DNA of 64,000 nt from a virus (IMGVR_UViG_3300006147_000008:19905-83904), one strand, 5' to 3'. Positions 19,336 through 29,560 are shown, numbered from the stretch's first letter. A program made the numbers and translations. Notes: generated by a model from the letters alone, not told the origin.

Positions 19336-20974
19336 TTAGTCGCTTGCTTTATCCAGACTGTTTTCATCCACCGTCAGCCTCCACTGTGTACCAGCCGGTC
19401 TTTGCTCCGCCCCCCCCGCTTCGGCTTTCAAAACACGCGCTACCGTATCACCATCATAGACGCGGTTGGCGTCGCCGTTATAGTTGTTGATGTAACCAAC
19501 CTGCCTCAGTTCGTCGCTCTTAGGAGGCTGGTCATCGTCACACTGGCGACATTGTGTGTCGAAGGTAGTGAGCGCTTTTTCAAACGCTCCGATACCGGAA
19601 AAGAAGGAACCAATCTCCATATCCTCAAAGAGATACGGCATGGCTTGGTACAGCTCTCCCATGATAGCGCAAAGCACATCCACCACAATGGAATTGCCCG
19701 CCTGCTTGTAGAGTTGAGAACCGCTGCGGTCGTTACCGCCGTACAGGTTCTGGTTCATCGCGGCCTGCGCCTTGTAGAAATCTTCGTCCTCAAAGCCCAT
19801 AAGCCGCCATGCTTCCAGTTGGGTCAGCTTCCGAACACGATAGCTCGGATTTTGAGTAGCACACGGTTTCTCCAAAACAAGTTGCCTCCTTTTCTTTGTA
19901 AGATATTGCTGAACTGTTGTGCCCTTATAGTAATTCGCATCAATACAATACGATATGGGTGGGGTAGCCAATGGAGATAGGTCTTCGTTGACTTCAATCA
20001 CTCTTTTGTCCCCCCCCCCGTCAATGGTGCGAATGGTGCCGCATACATTATCCTTGAAGAAACGGACACCTTCGTCACATCGCCGCTCACATACGATTTT
20101 CATGTCGTTCCACAACTCCTGTCATCTGTTGATTTCCGAACCCTTTATAGTCACGGGCCAACAAGGTTAGCGCCGTATCACAGTACCCATCAAATTGGGT
20201 GCCCTTCTTACTCAGCTTTGCGCTGGCAAGTGAGCAAGTCCCAGCAGTGACGGTCTGTTGAACCTCTTCCGCTTGTGCGGATGGTGTTACTGATCTGTCG
20301 TAGCGGGGGGGGGTGATCATAGCCGCTACCTTGTCGTCAGACAGATAGTAGCGCTCGTCTACATGGTCATCCAACATATCCACCAACACCCTTTTCAGCG
20401 GGATGGGTGCGGGAAATTGGAACTTCCCGTTGTCCAAGTCCTTACGGATGATGACGCAATACACACGCTCCCGATTTTACGGAATACCATAGTTCTTGGC
20501 ATTCAACACTTTCCAGTAAACGTTGTAGCCATAGTCCTCCAGCTCTTTGACAAAGAGGTCAAAAGTGGTGCGGAAACGAGATCCGGTGATGTTCTTGACA
20601 TTCTCATAGATGGCGAAACGGGGCTTCTTCTCTCTCAGGAAACGAAGCCACTCAACCAAGAGCGAAGAGCGGGTCTTCTCAATCTCTGTGTGCCCACATT
20701 TGGGGCAGTGGTCGCGCTGTGTAAAGTGGGCTTCCAGGGGGTTGTAGGTGTGGCCGCAGTGTTTACAAGTCCACGCAGCCCCTCCCTGCTTACCACTGAT
20801 ACTGAAATCCTGACACGGGGAGCCGCCGAACATCACGTTGAAGTCGGGGACGCTCTTCTCGTCGGCCTTGGTGATATCGCCGATGTTGAGCGCTGGGTTA
20901 GTCCCATGCACAGCACAGTAACTTTCTGCGGCGTACTTATCAAACTCGCAGAAAAGGGCAGTTTTGTAATTCAA
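19336..20974 (-). pseudogene. DNA (cytosine-5) methyltransferase, disrupted (in-frame TAA at conserved Gln plus frameshift)
   Basis: Three ORF fragments. Motifs II-IV (PCQ) and VI (ENV) in 20477..20974. Expected QNRER (motif VIII) reads TAA-NRER at about 20477. Frames shift again at about 20087-20115. Motifs IX/X (GNS) in 19336..20115 are followed by a motif-I-like FSGIGAF. Confidence 0.6.
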
Positions 20975-21050
20975 AAGAGGTTCCTCCTATCAAATAGTAT
21001 AGCACATACTGCTGCTCAAGTCAAGAGATTTTGTTGCACTGTATGACCAG

Positions 21051-21588
21051 TCAGACCTTTTTTATTTCCTCAAAGACAATTTGCTTGGGCAGCATTCCCA
21101 TACAAACATAGACACTGCTAAACGGCGGGTTCAAAGAGGGCTTCTGTTCCTCATAGCTCTTGAAGTAAGCGATACGCTTGTTGAGATACATAATCTCAAA
21201 GTCGTGGTCACGGAACATGGCAAATCGCTTTTGGCTCTCGAATAGCCCCACCACACCAACCAGCATGGCAAACGGAATGCCCAGCTCGAACAACCGCTCA
21301 AACACTTGCCCTTTAAGGGAGTAAGGCGGATTGCTAATGATGTAATCGCACTTGGGCAGTTCCATCGCAAAGAAATCTTGTCCATTTACGATATGGGTGG
21401 CAATGACCGTGTAGCCACGCTGCCGGAAGAGCTTTACGAACAGACTGTCCTCAGTGTCGAATGGGCACCAAATCGTTGCGGGGGGGGGGTACAAGGTACT
21501 TATACAACGGAATAATGGCGTACTCTGGTGTGTAGAACTCGTCGTTGCCACTACCGGCAACCTTATCCATTTTCATGTCGATCACTCC
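21051..21588 (-). CDS. phage Dam-like N6-adenine DNA methyltransferase, frameshifted at a G10 homopolymer
   Basis: RBS + MKMDKVAGSGNDEFYTPEYAIIPLYKYLVPPP reads into the G10 tract, then stops. With 9 G it is in frame with 21051..21560 (NPPY at ISNPPYS). Confidence 0.65.
21480..21489. repeat. G10 homopolymeric tract inside MTase gene (candidate slipped-strand phase-variation site)
   Basis: Run of 10 G on plus strand encodes PPP; causes +1 frame break. Confidence 0.8.
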
Positions 21589-22881
21589 TTATCCATAGCT
21601 AATATCGTTTTTGTCCATCCTCAGTGTGACGAAAATGGGGAACTGCAGGCTTTCAGCGCCGGTCTTCTTATCGTAGGAAATCTCCTTGTACTTGACCTCA
21701 CACAAAACGCCCAGCAAATCCTCTTTATGCTTCCAGAGCTGTGCCCGCTGCTCATCAGTGAAGCCAGACCCTACACTAACGGTAGACCCCTTAAAAGATA
21801 CGACCAGCGCACCCAAAGTACCAGCTAACCTACCTGTGCCCTCCTCAAAGTTGATGATGGGCAAGTCCATAGTATAAAACCGCTTAACCTTCAAAATGCC
21901 ACGGTGCCGCTTGCGCTGGTAGGGCACATCAAGGTTGACCATCAGCCCTTCTTTATCCTCAGCCACCATCTGATCCAGTAGCTCGTCGATCTTAGCTTGG
22001 TCAGTACCCATATAGAGTGTCGGTAACACACGGATATGGCAATCGCTCGGCAATAGCCCACCAACTGCGTCCAACGCCGTCCGACGTGCTTTGTAAGTCA
22101 TGACACACTTGTCAGACTCGAACTCTGGTGTGTTGATCACGTCGAAAATAGTGTAGCAAATTGCAGTTTTATCCACGTCATCAGAGTTGATAATGCCAGT
22201 AGCCTTGCGGAATGCCTCATTGTCACTCAGGTCGCCCTTGTCTATCAGTGTCAGCTCTCCGTCGAACACCAGGCCAGAAAACGTTTTGTTGCTGGACAGA
22301 ATATCCGTGATGTGGTCAAGTCCCTCATAAGGGACGCCACTACGGGCATAGAGCTTACCTTTGTAGAAAGTGGCCCGAACACCATTGAGCTTCTGAGTAA
22401 GGGCGAACCACGTCCCCTCTTTGAGCGGGTACTTGTCAATGGGATATGCTTGCTGGACTTCCCACTCTGGGATCAGACCCAGAATGACTTTATTCACGGT
22501 CTTGGCAGTAACACCCAGGCGAAGTGTCTTTGCCAGCAGCTTCGTGTAAAACTCCTTTACACCAGTTGGGCACACTTGAAGGAATGCGCACACCTGATAG
22601 ACTGTAACATCGTCCAAGGCTTTCTTGGCTGATAAGGTATCGCAAATTGTGTAGATGTCGCACAGCGTTAGAGTGATAGCCGGATCATATTTAACTGGAC
22701 GGCTCATCGTCTGTTCCGAAATCTTGTAAGTAAGCATGGGGTTAAGTGCATAGTAAAGGAGCTTGCGAAAATGCTCATTATCCTTGTACCGCCGCAACAT
22801 CTCCTGCTTTTTCAATGTGCTGGACTCCTGCTGGAGCGTACACAACGCTGTGATAGCGTCAAACATGACAGTATTCATCAT
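21589..22881 (-). CDS. ATP-dependent DNA ligase
   Basis: KLNG adenylation motif (motif I KxDG-type), 430 aa, ligase/OB architecture. Confidence 0.8.
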   Translation of the reverse strand: MMNTVMFDAITALCTLQQESSTLKKQEMLRRYKDNEHFRKLLYYALNPMLTYKISEQTMSRPVKYDPAITLTLCDIYTICDTLSAKKALDDVTVYQVCAFLQVCPTGVKEFYTKLLAKTLRLGVTAKTVNKVILGLIPEWEVQQAYPIDKYPLKEGTWFALTQKLNGVRATFYKGKLYARSGVPYEGLDHITDILSSNKTFSGLVFDGELTLIDKGDLSDNEAFRKATGIINSDDVDKTAICYTIFDVINTPEFESDKCVMTYKARRTALDAVGGLLPSDCHIRVLPTLYMGTDQAKIDELLDQMVAEDKEGLMVNLDVPYQRKRHRGILKVKRFYTMDLPIINFEEGTGRLAGTLGALVVSFKGSTVSVGSGFTDEQRAQLWKHKEDLLGVLCEVKYKEISYDKKTGAESLQFPIFVTLRMDKNDISYG

Positions 22882-23617
22882 AAGGGTTGAAGGATGGCAT
22901 GGGACTCAACTTGTGGAGATTATGAGCGTGAAGGGTAGCAATTTTGGTATCGGTAGCCTCGTTGCCAGAGGTGCCGGTAAGGATATACCTATCGAGGTCG
23001 TCATAGGAAAAACCCAGATTATCCTCATCGGTTTTCCCACAAAGACCATCAGAGGGCACCTTGTTTACCAGCTCGGCAGGCAGACCCAATGCGTGACCAA
23101 GCTGAATGACCTCATGTACCATCAAATTGGCAAGAGGACTGAAATCGCCAGCACTATCACCAAATTTGGTGGAGTACCCCACAAAATCCTCAGAGCGGTT
23201 GCAGGTGTTGGCGACACGCCCACCATTGGGAAGGGACTGGGCGATAGCGTAGAGTGTGGTCATGCGGATGCGGGCAGGCAGGTTCGTCTTCGTTTGCTCA
23301 CTGACTTCCATCTTGATGCGAACCCTAAACAAAATGGAATCAACAGGGCTTTGGATATTTACCTGATACGACCGGATGCCAAGATGCTCCACGATTCGCT
23401 TACTGTCCTCGATATCAGCCTGCTCTCCACACGGCATAAGGACACCAACAACTCTTTCCTTTCCCAGGGCTTCAACACAGAGGGCGGCGACGACACTCGA
23501 ATCTTTGCCGCCAGAAATGCCGACCACAGCGTCACATTTGGGGCCGTTCATATTGAAGTAGTCACGAACCCACTGGACAATCTCATCCTTGGCCTGTTTA
23601 GGATCAGACAGCATCAA
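22859..23617 (-). CDS. nadE: NH3-dependent NAD+ synthetase
   Basis: GISGGKDSSV PP-loop motif, 252 aa. Confidence 0.85.
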   Translation of the reverse strand: MMLSDPKQAKDEIVQWVRDYFNMNGPKCDAVVGISGGKDSSVVAALCVEALGKERVVGVLMPCGEQADIEDSKRIVEHLGIRSYQVNIQSPVDSILFRVRIKMEVSEQTKTNLPARIRMTTLYAIAQSLPNGGRVANTCNRSEDFVGYSTKFGDSAGDFSPLANLMVHEVIQLGHALGLPAELVNKVPSDGLCGKTDEDNLGFSYDDLDRYILTGTSGNEATDTKIATLHAHNLHKLSPMPSFNPYDEYCHV

Positions 23618-25149
23618 AACTCACCTCCATGAAGATTTTTGCGTACCTCGTCCAAGGTGAAAACCTTGAGCATCTGGCCGTTTTTGAACACAACTCTCAG
23701 CTCGTTATCTTCCTGCGCCTGTTCCCAGGTAAGGCCGTCCATGTAACAATAGTTGCCGCTGGGAAGGCTCCTGGTGACACGGCAACACCCACGCTGGGAC
23801 TTTTTGAAATTGCCGCTGTCGGTCTTGGGGTTTTTGTAAATCATGATAGGATTGCCGTTATAATCCTCAGCATAGGTAGCCTTGACAGCAATACCGAAGG
23901 TATCACGGGTATAGGGTGCATAAGCCTTGCTGTCGCCGTCTGTTGTCTCCAGACACTGCATGGAGAAGGAACCGACACCCAAAGAGACGTTGTTGATAGC
24001 AAACCCACGCTCCATAAGAATCTGGTAGATCGCCTTGCAGCGCTGCGGAGTAATGCTGTCGCCATAGAGTGCCTTAACGTGCGGGTCAAGAACCTTGTAG
24101 CCCTTGCTGTTCACGGTGCCGCCGAAGATATCCCACAACTTGAATACGGTCTTGGTTACAACCTCTACGGGGTCGCCGCTATCTCCACGAATAGCAAGGC
24201 ACCCATCATGTGCCAGAACGTCGTCCTTGATCTGAGGGAGAATGTTGTCTACCAGGTTCCAGTAGTCATAGCTGTCACTGACCATAGAGAAGTTCTGGTG
24301 CGGGTAAACCTCTTTCAACAGACGCTTGATGTGTGTTACCTCATCACCGTCCACAGCGTAGTTGGAACACATGACACTATGCTCAGTGGACAGAGCACCA
24401 TAAGCCACAGGTTCATTCTCAACACGGCAGGCATAATTCTTTTCCAGCCAGAGGATGGCCGGCACAGTGGCCGTATTCAAAAAGCTCAGGCAGAATGCAG
24501 CAGAACTCTTGGTGGCGCTCTCAACACTTTCCTGACCACGCATAGAAAAGTCGCCCAGGAGCTTTGCCCGCACCACGCTGTCGTCGCAGGTGATATCAGC
24601 AAACTCGTTGACAATCTGCCGATAACGGTATCCCACCTCAGCTGAGATCTGAGTGTGCCACATGGAGCAGGACAGCATAGTTTCAATGCTGTTGACCAAC
24701 CAGACAAAGTGGGGGTTGGTATTCGAGATTTCGATTTGCGGGACATGGATGTCGGTGCGAGTACCCTCCGGCACAGCACGAATCATAAGGGGCAGGTAGC
24801 CCAACTCGTGAAGCGCTTTCACACGACCATAGCCAACACCAACTGTGCCAATGGTACAGCCCAGAATCCGAACGTACTCTTTCATAACCTCGCCGAGAGG
24901 ACGGTTGAAAAAGTAGGTGTTGAACGCCTCAATCAGGTATTCCTGAATAAACGCCTGCAAACCAAACATCGTGATCTTATTCACGTCAGGCAGGCGGGTC
25001 ATACGGGGCGTGTAGTAGGATACCATTTTGGTCAGCGTTTCAGGATACTGCTCCGCGTGCGCTGTCTTATAGAAGTCCAGGCACAGCAAAGGATTGTATG
25101 AAATCATTGTTTGATACCCTCTTTCAGTCAATGATGGAGATTTTTTCAT
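23614..25149 (-). CDS. nicotinamide phosphoribosyltransferase family (Nampt/NadV, or NARP1 Namat-like)
   Basis: 511 aa with Nampt-family sequence; overlaps upstream prs-like gene by 26 nt. Confidence 0.8.
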   Translation of the reverse strand: MKKSPSLTERGYQTMISYNPLLCLDFYKTAHAEQYPETLTKMVSYYTPRMTRLPDVNKITMFGLQAFIQEYLIEAFNTYFFNRPLGEVMKEYVRILGCTIGTVGVGYGRVKALHELGYLPLMIRAVPEGTRTDIHVPQIEISNTNPHFVWLVNSIETMLSCSMWHTQISAEVGYRYRQIVNEFADITCDDSVVRAKLLGDFSMRGQESVESATKSSAAFCLSFLNTATVPAILWLEKNYACRVENEPVAYGALSTEHSVMCSNYAVDGDEVTHIKRLLKEVYPHQNFSMVSDSYDYWNLVDNILPQIKDDVLAHDGCLAIRGDSGDPVEVVTKTVFKLWDIFGGTVNSKGYKVLDPHVKALYGDSITPQRCKAIYQILMERGFAINNVSLGVGSFSMQCLETTDGDSKAYAPYTRDTFGIAVKATYAEDYNGNPIMIYKNPKTDSGNFKKSQRGCCRVTRSLPSGNYCYMDGLTWEQAQEDNELRVVFKNGQMLKVFTLDEVRKNLHGGEF

Positions 25150-25942
25150 GGGAAGCGCGAAGGATACTACTGGTAGTGAACACGCGGGAGATCATGCCGT
25201 CTGTCAGCACATCACCTTGCAAAATGGTGTTTTCACAATGGCTGACATAAAGGAAGATTTCTTTTGCCCCAGCCTCTTTCAAAGCCTTAGCGGTATGGGT
25301 GAACGTACCGCCACGAGAGCAAATATCATCTACGATCAAAACGTTCTGCCCAACAACCTTCCATGAGTCAGTCAGCTCCAAACGCTCAATTTTGCCGGTA
25401 CGCCAATCGCGGTGCTTGATACAGAACACATAGTCCATCTGGAACATAGCAGAGTACCGCTTGGCTGCACCCTCGTCGGGGTAGCACAGCAAAACATTCA
25501 TGTTGCGCTTGCCGTTCAGTTCGTCGATCACCGACTCAATACAGTCATGGGCTGCAATAGTCTCGACATGGTTAATCAAAGCCTCAGAGACATTAGAATG
25601 GGGATCAAATACTTGGACATAGGAGAAATGCAGGCTGTTGATAAACTCCGCAAACCATTTGAGGGTGAAAACCTCATCGCAGTTTTTCACACGATCCATA
25701 CGCGCATTGGGCACATATGGCATATACAGCCCGATTGGAGTATTCTCCCCATTGTTGGCCCGGATATGATGAACAAGGTTCCAAAGCAACATACACTCGT
25801 GGTCGCCATCATACTTCCAGTCAATCTTGTAAGCGTCGTCTCTTGCGTAAAGCCGCAAAGAGCAGGTTTTGTCTGGGAAGGATGTAGGGGAGAGCTTTTC
25901 ACCATTTACCGTAAACATCTCAGCCCTCCCAGTTCTCCACAT
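25124..25942 (-). CDS. ribose-phosphate pyrophosphokinase family (Prs, or NARP1 Adps-like)
   Basis: PRPP-binding loop VLIVDDICSRGGTFTHTAKAL; 272 aa. Confidence 0.75.
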   Translation of the reverse strand: MWRTGRAEMFTVNGEKLSPTSFPDKTCSLRLYARDDAYKIDWKYDGDHECMLLWNLVHHIRANNGENTPIGLYMPYVPNARMDRVKNCDEVFTLKWFAEFINSLHFSYVQVFDPHSNVSEALINHVETIAAHDCIESVIDELNGKRNMNVLLCYPDEGAAKRYSAMFQMDYVFCIKHRDWRTGKIERLELTDSWKVVGQNVLIVDDICSRGGTFTHTAKALKEAGAKEIFLYVSHCENTILQGDVLTDGMISRVFTTSSILRASHEKISIID

Positions 25943-26477
25943 TGATCTGGCACACCTTCATAGCGACCAAAGCATTGGCATGGCTTTCAGGGGTTACACC
26001 AGCACAGCAGGCAGCATCAACAGTGATCTTCACCTCTGGCAGAAACGCTTTGATAAGCAAAGCGTTGGAAATAACACAGATATCGGTGCAGAGGCCAATC
26101 ACAACCACCTCATCTACACGCTGCCGCTGAGAAAGAGTATCCAGGCACTCGCCCAGATCAACAGAGGCGAAAGTGTCCTTCTGGAATACCGACACACCTT
26201 TGTGAAAGTCAATAGCCGCATGGCTGACAGCCGTAGCCACAGCATCGTGGAGTCTCCATCCCGCCGTCTCCTCAATACAGTGCTCAACAGGGAGCAACTT
26301 GCCCTCCTGAGTCTCCAGATAATTGCGCTGGTGCGTATCCTTGGTAATGTAGATTGCGTCGCCATCAAACTGGTCGATTTTCTTAACGACGTTATCAACA
26401 ATAGCCTGTGCTGCCGGCGTCCCAAGGGCACCATCAATGAAATCGTTCTGCATATCTACGATCACAAGAACTTTCAT
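25920..26477 (-). CDS. isochorismatase-family hydrolase (nicotinamidase PncA-like)
   Basis: Start at RBS-preceded MKVLVIVDMQNDF, a characteristic nicotinamidase N-terminus; conserved Cys present. Confidence 0.7.
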   Translation of the reverse strand: MKVLVIVDMQNDFIDGALGTPAAQAIVDNVVKKIDQFDGDAIYITKDTHQRNYLETQEGKLLPVEHCIEETAGWRLHDAVATAVSHAAIDFHKGVSVFQKDTFASVDLGECLDTLSQRQRVDEVVVIGLCTDICVISNALLIKAFLPEVKITVDAACCAGVTPESHANALVAMKVCQINVENWEG

Positions 26478-26490
26478 CGTAATCACTCCT

Positions 26491-27318
26491 TCAGAATGAG
26501 CACTCACACGGTAGGTTATCATCATCTTTAATGAGCTTCCGTGCGACTGCCCAGAATTTTTGAGGTTTGGTTTTTTCAGTGGGCGGCAACGCCTTTTCTT
26601 TGAGCTTGGCAAATTCCGCCTCAAATTCTGAAAGAAAACCTTGCTTTAGAATACTGTACCCGATTGCATCCTCAGCTTGCTTTGCCTTTGCCCATATCTC
26701 AGGGTAGAGGCAATACACAATAAACCAGTGTTGTTTACCAGCTTTTAGGCAACCGGTACAATTTGCATGGTTGAAAATGCTGTAAGGTTTTGGACGATCA
26801 ATCCCAACCTCTTCAATCTCATAGATCGTTCTCGTTTCCCAAGTCAACGGATACTCAGTCTGATAACCCATAGCAGCCATGATGCCGACTCTACGCCGGA
26901 TGCGGTGCTGCTCATTGGCATCAAAACCGTATACCAAGGAAATGTCGTCTCGGATTTCTGGAGGATTTGCGGGATAATGCTCAGCAAGCCATTTATGGAA
27001 TGGCTCAGTTTTCAGCCTATTGGTGCAGAGAGCGGTAGACTGTGCGCCGCACTTGAACGCTTTGATCTCCATGCACACATCAAACTGATCTTTGGTTTCC
27101 CATCCGGGCATATTGGCGTATGTGATGGATACACCCAAATAGTCCGAAACCTCTTGTTTGAAACGTTTGATATCTGCGTCTTCGGTGCGAGGGCAGAGAT
27201 CGTGATTGAGTAAAATGACGTTCTCTGCTCCGTACCGTCTGACTACTTCCACGGCGGCTATCGCAGATGAATGACCGCCAGAAAAACATACGATGTGCTT
27301 CATACCGACCACAACCAT
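26491..27318 (-). CDS. PAPS reductase-like PP-loop protein
   Basis: CFSGGHSS PP-loop variant, Cys-rich C-terminus. Confidence 0.55.
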   Translation of the reverse strand: MVVVGMKHIVCFSGGHSSAIAAVEVVRRYGAENVILLNHDLCPRTEDADIKRFKQEVSDYLGVSITYANMPGWETKDQFDVCMEIKAFKCGAQSTALCTNRLKTEPFHKWLAEHYPANPPEIRDDISLVYGFDANEQHRIRRRVGIMAAMGYQTEYPLTWETRTIYEIEEVGIDRPKPYSIFNHANCTGCLKAGKQHWFIVYCLYPEIWAKAKQAEDAIGYSILKQGFLSEFEAEFAKLKEKALPPTEKTKPQKFWAVARKLIKDDDNLPCECSF

Positions 27319-27459
27319 ATCTGGCTGAGGTCAACTGCCTAATCCTCCCAAGCTACTTTCCACAAACTCAAAGTTCGTGTTGAACGATTTCACGCTGTAA
27401 CAGGCAGCTTTACCATGCACTTAGCAATCTTACATGAACCTGGTTTACCAGGATTGGTA

Positions 27460-27747
27460 TTAGCTCCTTCCATTATTATTGTTGTTTGTTTGAGAACTCT
27501 TAAAATACTTGCCGATAGTGGCGAGGGTCGCACAGGCCAAAGGAATAAAGTCAGGGGTAAAACGAGTCGTGTCGAACAGCAGATTCATACCGCCTGCAAT
27601 CGCATCGCCAACCACCAGCTTTAAGATCCATCCACCCAAATAAGCGAACCCAAAGGTGATCACTGGACTAAACACCAGCAGACCGACAAATCCAGCAATC
27701 ACGGTAATCACGCCGATAGATTCAAGTTTACTTCTCATAGCTAACAC
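27460..27747 (-). CDS. small membrane protein (2-3 TM)
   Basis: Hydrophobic segments VITVIAGFVGLLVFSPVITFGFAYLGGWIL; poly-Asn tail. Confidence 0.4.
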   Translation of the reverse strand: MLAMRSKLESIGVITVIAGFVGLLVFSPVITFGFAYLGGWILKLVVGDAIAGGMNLLFDTTRFTPDFIPLACATLATIGKYFKSSQTNNNNNGRS

Positions 27748-27943
27748 CTCCTCGTATAATAAGATTTGCAGATAATTTTAAGTGCATCTGTTTAGTACAC
27801 TCCACTTTGTCAGCAGGCTTAGAGATACCCGTGATAGAATAGCTGTAGGACAGCAGGGTCAGGTTCTCCACCTCCTGGTTGAGCCGCAAGGCTGCTTCAT
27901 GGAAAGTCCGTCCCCCTGAGCCGGAAGTTAGCTGCAAACTCAT

Positions 27944-29460
27944 TAGCTGTTTGCCGGAAGCGGAGCCGCCCTTTTAGCAGTGAGGGCTATCGCATTGGCC
28001 CGACCCGGAATGATTCTGATACGCGAGGTTGCGGATGCTCCGGATATCATGGGTATCTCAAAGCCTGCTGGCCTGAAATCCCATCACAGGGGAGGTGAAA
28101 ATATGAATCCACTATTTGTAGGCATTGACGTGAGCAGCAAAAACAATGTGACCTACCTGATGAAGCCGGACGGAAGCAAGTACAGCAGTTTTTCCGTGCA
28201 AAACAACCTGGGTGGTGCTAAACTGATGTCAGAGAAGATCGTGTCAGCGCTGGAGGCCATGCAGCTCAGTGATGTGGTGATTGGCCTGGAGGCCACGTCC
28301 ATCTACGGGGATGGCCTGGTCTGCGCCCTCCGGGAAGACGGGCGGCTGGGACATTACCAGAGGAAGATCCATGTGCTCAATCCCAAGCAGGTCAAGAAGT
28401 TCAAGGACTCCTATCCCGACCTGCCCAAGAATGACTGGGTGGACGCCTTTGTCATCGCCGACCATCTCCGCTTCGGCAGGATCGGCAAGGAGGTCTACAT
28501 GGACGATTACCGCTATAAATCCCTGCAAACCCTCGCCAGGGCCAGATTTGACGTTGTGCAGAACCTGACGCGGGAGAAGCAGCACTTCGCCAATTACCTG
28601 TTCCTCAAGTGCTCCGGCATGGCCCAGGACAAGGACATTGCCAATTCCAGCGCCACCACCATCGCCCTCATGGAGCGGTTTGAAACGGTGGACGAGCTGG
28701 CCTACGCTGATCTGGATGAACTGACCAGGTTCATTGATGAAACCGGGCGCAACTTCGCAGACCCAGCGGCAAAAGCAAAGGCCATCCAAGCCGCTGCCAG
28801 AAACTCCTATCGCCTGCCTGTTACGGTAAACAGCTCTGTAAACCAGGCGATGGCCGTTTCTATTGCCACAATGAGGGCACTGGAAAAGCAAATTAAAGTG
28901 TTGGACAAGGCCATTGAGCAGCAGTTTCAGATCATCCCCAACACGCTTACCTCCATCCCCGGTATCGGCAAGGTCTACTCCGCTGGTATCATTGCCGAAA
29001 TCGGCGATGTCCACCGTTTTAACTCTCAGGCGTCCGTTGCCAAATACGCCGGCCTTGTCTGGACACAGCACCAGTCCGGCGACTTTGAGGCTCAGCATAC
29101 CAAGCTCATCAAGTCCGGTAACCGCTATCTACGTTACTACCTGCTGGAAGCCGCCAACTCCGTGAGAAGATGCGACTCCGAGTTCCGGCGCTACTATGAC
29201 CTTAAATTCAAAGAGGTCAATCAGTTCCAGCATAAACGCGCACTCGCTTTAACTGCCAGAAAGCTGGTTCGGTTGGTCTATCGGCTGCTGATGGACAACC
29301 GCCTGTATATCCCGCCAGAGAGCTGAGCAAGTCGCTCACTGCTCTGACGAACAGGCCCTGTTTCAAAAATTTGCAGGGACAGGGCTTGGGTTGGTGTTGC
29401 CTTTTTACGGCTCCTATGGCCCCTTTTGGCCGATTCTTCTCAAATTTTCCTTGCATCACC
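27944..29460 (+). mobile_element. IS110-family insertion sequence (boundaries approximate)
   Basis: Single plus-strand transposase gene among minus-strand phage genes; IS110 elements lack terminal IRs so ends not determinable by eye. Confidence 0.5.
28103..29326 (+). CDS. IS110-family transposase
   Basis: RBS GGAGGTG + MNPLFVGIDVSSK N-terminus (DEDD_Tnp_IS110) and C-terminal Transposase_20-like segment ...GLVWTQHQSGDF... Confidence 0.85.
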   Translation: MNPLFVGIDVSSKNNVTYLMKPDGSKYSSFSVQNNLGGAKLMSEKIVSALEAMQLSDVVIGLEATSIYGDGLVCALREDGRLGHYQRKIHVLNPKQVKKFKDSYPDLPKNDWVDAFVIADHLRFGRIGKEVYMDDYRYKSLQTLARARFDVVQNLTREKQHFANYLFLKCSGMAQDKDIANSSATTIALMERFETVDELAYADLDELTRFIDETGRNFADPAAKAKAIQAAARNSYRLPVTVNSSVNQAMAVSIATMRALEKQIKVLDKAIEQQFQIIPNTLTSIPGIGKVYSAGIIAEIGDVHRFNSQASVAKYAGLVWTQHQSGDFEAQHTKLIKSGNRYLRYYLLEAANSVRRCDSEFRRYYDLKFKEVNQFQHKRALALTARKLVRLVYRLLMDNRLYIPPES

Positions 29461-29560
29461 TACTTGACTTTATACCATTAGACTTCCTGTTTCAATTACA
29501 AACAGACAGCCACACTTGCTAACCCCAAGGCTCTATTTTATTGGAGCGCCAGTGATTTTC

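Noticed and set aside
20477-20479. Genome-wide stop-codon (TAA) reassignment
   Set aside because: All other long genes (dnaE, nrdD, ligase, MTase-helicase) are uninterrupted by TAA; only this one conserved Gln codon is affected, so local decay is more likely.
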